64,000 nucleotides of DNA from Candidatus Moraniibacteriota bacterium (lineage in GTDB: Bacteria > Patescibacteriota > Minisyncoccia > Moranbacterales > UBA1568): positions 18,529 to 82,528 of the forward strand of contig JAYRRF010000024.1 in the NCBI GenBank assembly GCA_041910335.1, in the 5' to 3' direction. The notes under the pieces were generated by a model. It was not told the origin of the DNA and did not search any database. It saw only the letters and a program-made list of their open reading frames with translations. Position numbers and translations under genes: made by a program. Shown one piece after another: positions 58,984-64,000 of the stretch (position 1 is its first letter; each line of letters starts with the position of its first letter).

Positions 58984-59541
58984 TCAGTGGGCTGTCTCGA
59001 GACCCTTCCATTCCCGTTCTTCCCAGTTCCGGAACAAGCGTTCCAGGGGCGGGAGAGGATTCAGAGTGTATTCATCGCCGTCGATGATCACCTCGAGTCC
59101 TCCTCGGTCGCGAATGCCCACGACACCCGACCAGTAGCCATCACCGACCCTGGAGTGATCGATCATCATCTGGAACTTCCGGGGCACCAGCTTCGAAACG
59201 AAGTTGGATGCCCGACGATAGATGCCGCTCTCCCAACGATAGACACCGTATTCCCAGGAAGGAGGCTTCTTGTTCAGGCCGAGCATATTCGCCAGGCCCA
59301 GAGTGGACCAGCTGATCCATTTCCAGCGACGCATGCGCCGCGCGTAGAGCAGCTCGTACCGCCGGTGGTACTTCTGGTGCAGCTTGCGCCGGACCAGTTC
59401 TTCTTCATGGTAAGCAGTGTGCGCTTCCGTAAGGAAGGTATTGAGGTCCTGGCTCGACAGCGGCCAGGAGTAGCCGTGCTCGTGGGTCATGGCATGCAGG
59501 ATGCCAGCCATGATTTCGTTTTCGTAGCGGCCAAGGTGCAT
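58984..59541 (-). CDS. Hypothetical Trp/Tyr-rich protein on a high-GC islet
   Basis: ATG at 59541 with a GGAGAGAG RBS. A consensus promoter lies upstream. The opposite-strand ORF 58903..59607 is P/A/V-rich, typical of an antisense ORF in high-GC DNA. Confidence 0.5.
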   Translation of the reverse strand: MHLGRYENEIMAGILHAMTHEHGYSWPLSSQDLNTFLTEAHTAYHEEELVRRKLHQKYHRRYELLYARRMRRWKWISWSTLGLANMLGLNKKPPSWEYGVYRWESGIYRRASNFVSKLVPRKFQMMIDHSRVGDGYWSGVVGIRDRGGLEVIIDGDEYTLNPLPPLERLFRNWEEREWKGLETAH

Positions 59542-59622
59542 GACTCTCTCCGTATCGTGGGGGAGTGTGAGCTCCCAGTTAAACAACTTGTATCCAGTGC
59601 AGCTTAGCACCTTCAACTTTAC

Positions 59623-59651
59623 ATTATACACCTAAAACAATAAAAAGTCAA
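59623..59651 (-). promoter_or_regulatory. Consensus sigma70 promoter on the minus strand (TTGACT-17-TATAAT)
   Basis: Reverse complement of 59623-59651 reads TTGACTTTTTATTGTTTTAGGTGTATAAT. Confidence 0.6.
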
Positions 59652-59736
59652 TAGTGCGAGAGTGGTCTAAAAATGCGATAATGCAAGTGCATTTTTTGCT
59701 TAATACTTACTTCTCACTATTTAATACTTTGTACTC

Positions 59737-60531
59737 ATGAAGATCATCTCTTGGAACGTCAACGGTATACGAGCCGTAGAGCGGAAAGGGCTTTTCCAGC
59801 CGTTTTTGGTTGAGTATGCTCCGGATATTCTCTGTCTTCAGGAGACCAAGGCGAATAGAGAGCAGGTAGAGATAGACCTCCCTGGCTATATCGAGTACTG
59901 GCATAGCGCAGAACGTAAGGGCTACAGTGGGACAGCTATCTTCACCAAAGTTGAGCCGCTTTCTATCAGAAATGGGTTTCTTCCTAAGGTATCCAAAAAG
60001 TTCGCACCCCTTGAAGATAAGTTTGGTGATCCTGAGACCGAAGGGCGAGTGCTCACGGCTGAGTACGAAGGCTTTTATCTTGTCACTTGCTATACCCCGA
60101 ATGCCAAAGATAAGCTCGAACGTATACCGCTGCGACTCAAGTGGGATGCTGCGTTTCTTATGCACTGCAAGGAGCTTGAGAAAGATAAGCCGGTCGTCTT
60201 CTGTGGTGACCTCAATGTCGCTCATACTGAAGATGACCTGGCGCGGCCGAAGGAAAATATTGGGAACAAGGGCTTTACTGATGAAGAGCGGCAGGGATTC
60301 GAGAATTTCATCAAGGCTGGATTCATCGATACCTTGAGAATATTCAAACAGGGGAATGGACTGTATACCTGGTGGACCAACTGGGGTGGAGCGAGAGAAC
60401 GAAACGTTGGGTGGAGGATTGATTATTTCCTTGTTAGTAAGAGTCTCAAAAGCAAAGTAAAAGATGCTTTTATTCTTCCCGAGGTACTAGGCTCTGATCA
60501 TTGTCCTGTGGGGATAGAGCTCAATTTTTAA
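59737..60531 (+). CDS. xth: Exodeoxyribonuclease III (AP endonuclease, Xth family)
   Basis: MKIISWNVNGIRA...LCLQETK...GDLNVAH...SDHCPV EEP-family motifs. Confidence 0.9.
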   Translation: MKIISWNVNGIRAVERKGLFQPFLVEYAPDILCLQETKANREQVEIDLPGYIEYWHSAERKGYSGTAIFTKVEPLSIRNGFLPKVSKKFAPLEDKFGDPETEGRVLTAEYEGFYLVTCYTPNAKDKLERIPLRLKWDAAFLMHCKELEKDKPVVFCGDLNVAHTEDDLARPKENIGNKGFTDEERQGFENFIKAGFIDTLRIFKQGNGLYTWWTNWGGARERNVGWRIDYFLVSKSLKSKVKDAFILPEVLGSDHCPVGIELNF

Positions 60532-60669
60532 TAATTTGATAGCTCACAAATAATAGTTTTTTGCTACCGCCAAAATCCAGCGTATTTTGGCTACCAAGTC
60601 ACTCGAAACCACTCGATGAACTCGTGGACCATGCTTTCTTGCTCCTAGCCGCGCAACAAAACTATTATC

Positions 60670-61968
60670 TTGCTCACTTTTATGATGAATAAACATATAC
60701 CACTCGCAGAACGGATGCGACCAAAGACTTTGGAGGAGTTTTTGGGTCAAGAAAAAATATTTGGTGCAGGGAGTTTTCTGCGTCGCGCCATAGATGAAGA
60801 CAAAGTTCCTTCACTTATTCTCTGGGGGCCGCCTGGAAGTGGTAAGACCACGCTCGCTCTTCTTATTGCTCAGTCAACACAGGCAGAGTTTTTTCAGTTG
60901 TCTGCTGTGGGAAGCGGAGTGAAGGATCTACGAAAAATTATAGAAGTAGCTGAGAAAAATAAAGAGGGGGGCAAAAAAACACTTCTTTTCATTGATGAGA
61001 TTCATCGTTGGAACAAGTCTCAGCAGGATAGTCTGCTTCCGTATGTGGAGCGAGGGGTACTCACGCTCATCGGAGCCACTACTGAGAATCCGAGCTTTGA
61101 AGTTAATGGCGCTCTTCTTTCGCGTTCGCGAGTCGTAGTACTAGAAAAGCATTCTGTGACCTCACTAGTGCATTTATTGAGACAGACTCTGATGAAGTCA
61201 CAAGAATATTTTGGAAGAAAGGTAGACGCAAACAATGAGACGCTTGGGTTCATCGCAGAGGTTTCGGGAGGAGATGCGAGGCAGGCCCTTGGAATACTTG
61301 AAGCTTGTGTAGTCATGCTTGGCAAAAAGAAAATACTGGATAGTACTTTAGTGGAGTCAGTAGTAAAACGCTCCCATGTTCTTTATGACAAAGGTGGTGA
61401 AGAACATTACAATATCATTTCAGCTTTGCATAAGTCACTGCGTGGTGGTGATGCCAATGCTGCGCTTTATTGGTTGGCGCGGATGCTTGAGGCAGGCGAA
61501 GACCCTCTTTATGTAGCCAGACGCTTGGTACGGTTTGCCTCGGAAGATATCGGGTTAGCAAATTCTTTTGCATTGCCGCAGGCCACCGCAGTCTATCAAG
61601 CATGTCAGTATCTCGGGATGCCAGAATGTGAAGTGCATCTCGCACAGCTGGTGGTATACTTAGCAGCTTCTAAGAAAAGCAACACTCTCTATGTTGCTTA
61701 CAATAAAGCCAAAGAAGATGTCCATCGCTTTCCGAATGAGCCAGTACCTCTTTATCTCAGAAATGCTCCGACAAAACTGCTGAAAGATATAGGCTACGGT
61801 AAAGGATACAAATACACTCCCGCACACAATACTTTGCATAATGAGGCGGGCAGGCCAGACAATGGTGGTAGAGGTGGTTATACTCGTGACGAAGACCTAG
61901 GGGTACAGCAAGAGTATCTTCCTGAGAAATTGAAGGGGAAAAAATATATAGATATTAAAGAAAAATAG
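60670..61968 (+). CDS. rarA: Replication-associated recombination protein A (RarA/MgsA, AAA+ ATPase)
   Basis: Walker [16 protein letters not shown], Walker [17 protein letters not shown]. MgsA C-terminal helical domain ([27 protein letters not shown]). Confidence 0.9.
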   Translation: MLTFMMNKHIPLAERMRPKTLEEFLGQEKIFGAGSFLRRAIDEDKVPSLILWGPPGSGKTTLALLIAQSTQAEFFQLSAVGSGVKDLRKIIEVAEKNKEGGKKTLLFIDEIHRWNKSQQDSLLPYVERGVLTLIGATTENPSFEVNGALLSRSRVVVLEKHSVTSLVHLLRQTLMKSQEYFGRKVDANNETLGFIAEVSGGDARQALGILEACVVMLGKKKILDSTLVESVVKRSHVLYDKGGEEHYNIISALHKSLRGGDANAALYWLARMLEAGEDPLYVARRLVRFASEDIGLANSFALPQATAVYQACQYLGMPECEVHLAQLVVYLAASKKSNTLYVAYNKAKEDVHRFPNEPVPLYLRNAPTKLLKDIGYGKGYKYTPAHNTLHNEAGRPDNGGRGGYTRDEDLGVQQEYLPEKLKGKKYIDIKEK

Positions 61969-61969
61969 T

Positions 61970-62413
61970 ATGTTTGAAATAAATAAGTTCGATCAGTTCG
62001 GAAATAGAGAGAATCAAAGGTTGAAATCAGCATTTGAAGTGTACCAGAGTCTTTCTGCGGAAAAAAAGAGAAGACTCGAAATAAAATTTTTTGGTGTTGG
62101 TATTGGTAGTGAAGAGGGTATAAAGGCGAATTTTGAATTTTGGGAAAAGGAACATCCAAAAGATGAATCTCTCGCAGCTCTTATGAAAGAATTTTATGAT
62201 ACAGTGGACGATTCAGAAGCTGGTTGCTATGTCGGAAAATATAAGGATTTTGATGGGTTTGATTTTTATCCTGTTAGAAAAATTGATAAAACAGTATTTG
62301 ATAGCTATGTTCAGCAAGATGAATTGGAAATGGTTTATGAGGTTTTTGAGGGTGGCGGTAACTCAAGAGTCATTCAGTTAGCTGATGATATCTTAGAGAA
62401 AATAGTCCGATAA
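61970..62413 (+). CDS. Hypothetical protein
   Basis: ORF starting 2 nt after the rarA stop. No motif recognised. Confidence 0.4.
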   Translation: MFEINKFDQFGNRENQRLKSAFEVYQSLSAEKKRRLEIKFFGVGIGSEEGIKANFEFWEKEHPKDESLAALMKEFYDTVDDSEAGCYVGKYKDFDGFDFYPVRKIDKTVFDSYVQQDELEMVYEVFEGGGNSRVIQLADDILEKIVR

Positions 62414-62611
62414 TTAGTATCTTGACTTCGATAGTTTTTATCATGTTATGATTATCTCAACCGCTGCGTCTGGAAGTTTCAGTAAGGGTTCATCTGGTGG
62501 CGGAAGCGGAGCAATAGGAGGTGTTCTTTTGGAAACTGTAGGAGTGTGCTCCTAAGAAAGTGAAACAGAGAAATATGTTACTATATAGCTATTAAGTATT
62601 AATCTAATTGT

Positions 62612-62938
62612 ATGGGTTTTGGAGAACCGCGATTTGCTGCACAGGTACCTTTGCATGAGACTCCTCAGAAAAAAGAAGAGCTGGAAGAAGGGGAATTTGG
62701 TTTAGATAAAAAGCGTCTCGATCGCTTCGGCTGGATACTTAACAATCATGGCATCATTGGTCTCGATATACTCCGTAATCGTCTTGAGGATGCAGAAGAA
62801 TTTCCAGAAGATTATCCCGAATATGATAAGGCAAGATATGAGAGACTTATTGGTAGTCTAAAAAACTTTGATGTCAAAAGTCCGGAGTTTGCAGAAACAG
62901 CTGAAAAAATTGCTGGCATGTTGCAAAGTAGTCTCTAA
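62612..62938 (+). CDS. Hypothetical acidic protein
   Basis: ORF with no motif recognised. Confidence 0.35.
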   Translation: MGFGEPRFAAQVPLHETPQKKEELEEGEFGLDKKRLDRFGWILNNHGIIGLDILRNRLEDAEEFPEDYPEYDKARYERLIGSLKNFDVKSPEFAETAEKIAGMLQSSL

Positions 62939-62943
62939 AGAGC

Positions 62944-64000
62944 ATGTACAAAGTCTTCTTTTTTCTTTGTTTATCATTCGTTTTTCTGCCAGGATCTCTT
63001 TTGGCTGTGACACCTTTGACTGATGAGCATATAGAATCCTTTAATGTCGACATCATCGTTAATACAGATGGTTCGATCGCTGTCACTGAGAAAATTTTGT
63101 ATAACTCAGGTGGTTTGGAAAAACACGGTATCTATAGGGATATTAGGACTCTCTCATCACAGGGAAAGAAGATGAGTATTGAGAATATTTCTGTGCGAGA
63201 TGAGCAGGGTAGGGAATATGCTTTTGAGAAAAAAGAGCAAGGAAATACATTGCAGCTCAAGATAGGTGATTCGAGAAGCACTTTTTCAGGAGTGAAGACG
63301 TACGTCATTGCTTATCGGGCTACTCATGCTGTGTCTTACTTTGATAATTTTGATGAGATTTACTGGAATACTACGGGTAACAATTGGCCATTTCCCATTC
63401 TCTCCGCTACAGCAGAAGTGATACTGCCGAGCGGAGCTACTCTGAAGCAAAAGAGTTGTTACGAGGGTGTGGCGGGTAGTCAAGAACCCTGTCAGTTCTC
63501 AGAAGAAAAGTTTATCTCAAGCAGAATATTGAGCCAAGGTGAGGGTATGACGATAGCAACGGGTTTTGATAAAGGACTAGTAGTAGAGCACTTTACTTTT
63601 TGGGAAAGGATTCTTGTCTTCATTCATTCTATAAGCATAGTCATTGGTGGAGGTATTGCGTTTTGGGGTTTGTGGAGTGCTTATCGTCGTTGGTATCGAG
63701 AGGGGCGTGACCCGAAAGAGCGTGATGTAGTGGTACCAGAGTACGATGTGCCTGACCACTTGACACCCCTTGAGGTCTCAGGGCTGTTCTCTGAGGCTCA
63801 GGTGAGTATGACTGCGTTCAGCGCTCAGATTATTAGCTTAGCAACGCGTGGCTATATCCGTATTCACCAAAATCAAGATAAATACGTCTTTGGCCTGATC
63901 ACGACTAATGATTATGAGCTCGAGCGTCTTCCAAAAAATGATGGACTCAAAGTATTCGATGTATTGTTTCTAGAAGAGCTCTTTGGTAGCCAGTCAACAG
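62944..64000 (+). CDS. DUF2207-family membrane protein, 3'-truncated at window edge
   Basis: The frame stays open from the ATG at 62944 to the window end; it is absent from the ORF track because it has no stop. Signal peptide MYKVFFFLCLSFVFLPGSLLA. DUF2207-like N-terminal NVDIIVNTDGSIAVTEKILYNSGGLEKHGIYRDI, then TM helices. Confidence 0.6.
   Translation, partial: MYKVFFFLCLSFVFLPGSLLAVTPLTDEHIESFNVDIIVNTDGSIAVTEKILYNSGGLEKHGIYRDIRTLSSQGKKMSIENISVRDEQGREYAFEKKEQGNTLQLKIGDSRSTFSGVKTYVIAYRATHAVSYFDNFDEIYWNTTGNNWPFPILSATAEVILPSGATLKQKSCYEGVAGSQEPCQFSEEKFISSRILSQGEGMTIATGFDKGLVVEHFTFWERILVFIHSISIVIGGGIAFWGLWSAYRRWYREGRDPKERDVVVPEYDVPDHLTPLEVSGLFSEAQVSMTAFSAQIISLATRGYIRIHQNQDKYVFGLITTNDYELERLPKNDGLKVFDVLFLEELFGSQST

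Noticed and set aside
58903-59607. ORF 58903..59607 (+), 234 aa
   Set aside because: P/A/V/R-rich composition typical of an antisense frame in GC-rich DNA. The minus-strand gene 58984..59541 has a perfect promoter and RBS.
1-64000. Integrase, transposase, rRNA, tRNA or CRISPR array anywhere in the window
   Set aside because: No tyrosine/serine recombinase or DDE transposase motifs, no rRNA-like conserved stretches, no cloverleaf candidates in intergenic regions, and no spaced direct-repeat arrays were seen. The only IS-associated signal is the DUF1153 small protein.

Overview
The window reads as bacterial chromosome with a core of roughly 43-47% GC. By eye it is a gene-dense, small-genome organism, possibly Patescibacteria-like, but the taxonomy is not certain. 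Core genes include nucleotide-excision repair (two uvrA paralogs and a short uvrC), folA, xth and rarA. There is a type IV pilus assembly cluster (pilC, three prepilin-type proteins, pilM/N/O), an RNA-modification cluster (rlmN, a MiaB-like radical-SAM gene and a P-loop kinase), and a VOC/cupin/2H-phosphoesterase block. A CsoR/CstR-like repressor sits upstream of a rhodanese + RND-efflux operon with an obvious palindromic operator. Two regions look accessory. (i) A mosaic island of about 13 kb (18.5-31.3 kb) combines a high-GC segment (55-63% GC by eye) with a low-GC (about 35%) operon. The high-GC segment holds a standalone DnaA-domain-IV protein, hypotheticals, and one of two paralogous secreted proteins. 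The low-GC operon encodes a DUF3800 protein, a PLD-nuclease::SNF2-helicase fusion (1141 aa), a gamma-class N6-adenine methyltransferase with a Type IIG/PglX-like architecture (1039 aa), and two small nuclease-fold proteins. This looks like a non-canonical restriction/defense system, either DISARM-like without DrmA/DrmB or a split Type-ISP-like arrangement with a PLD nuclease. It is the best candidate for an undescribed system in the window. (ii) High-GC islets at 40.2-42.5 kb, 58.98-59.6 kb, 30.95-31.3 kb and 3.7-4.1 kb each carry single genes with near-consensus sigma70 promoters and strong terminators. No rRNA, tRNA, CRISPR array, integrase or transposase was recognised.
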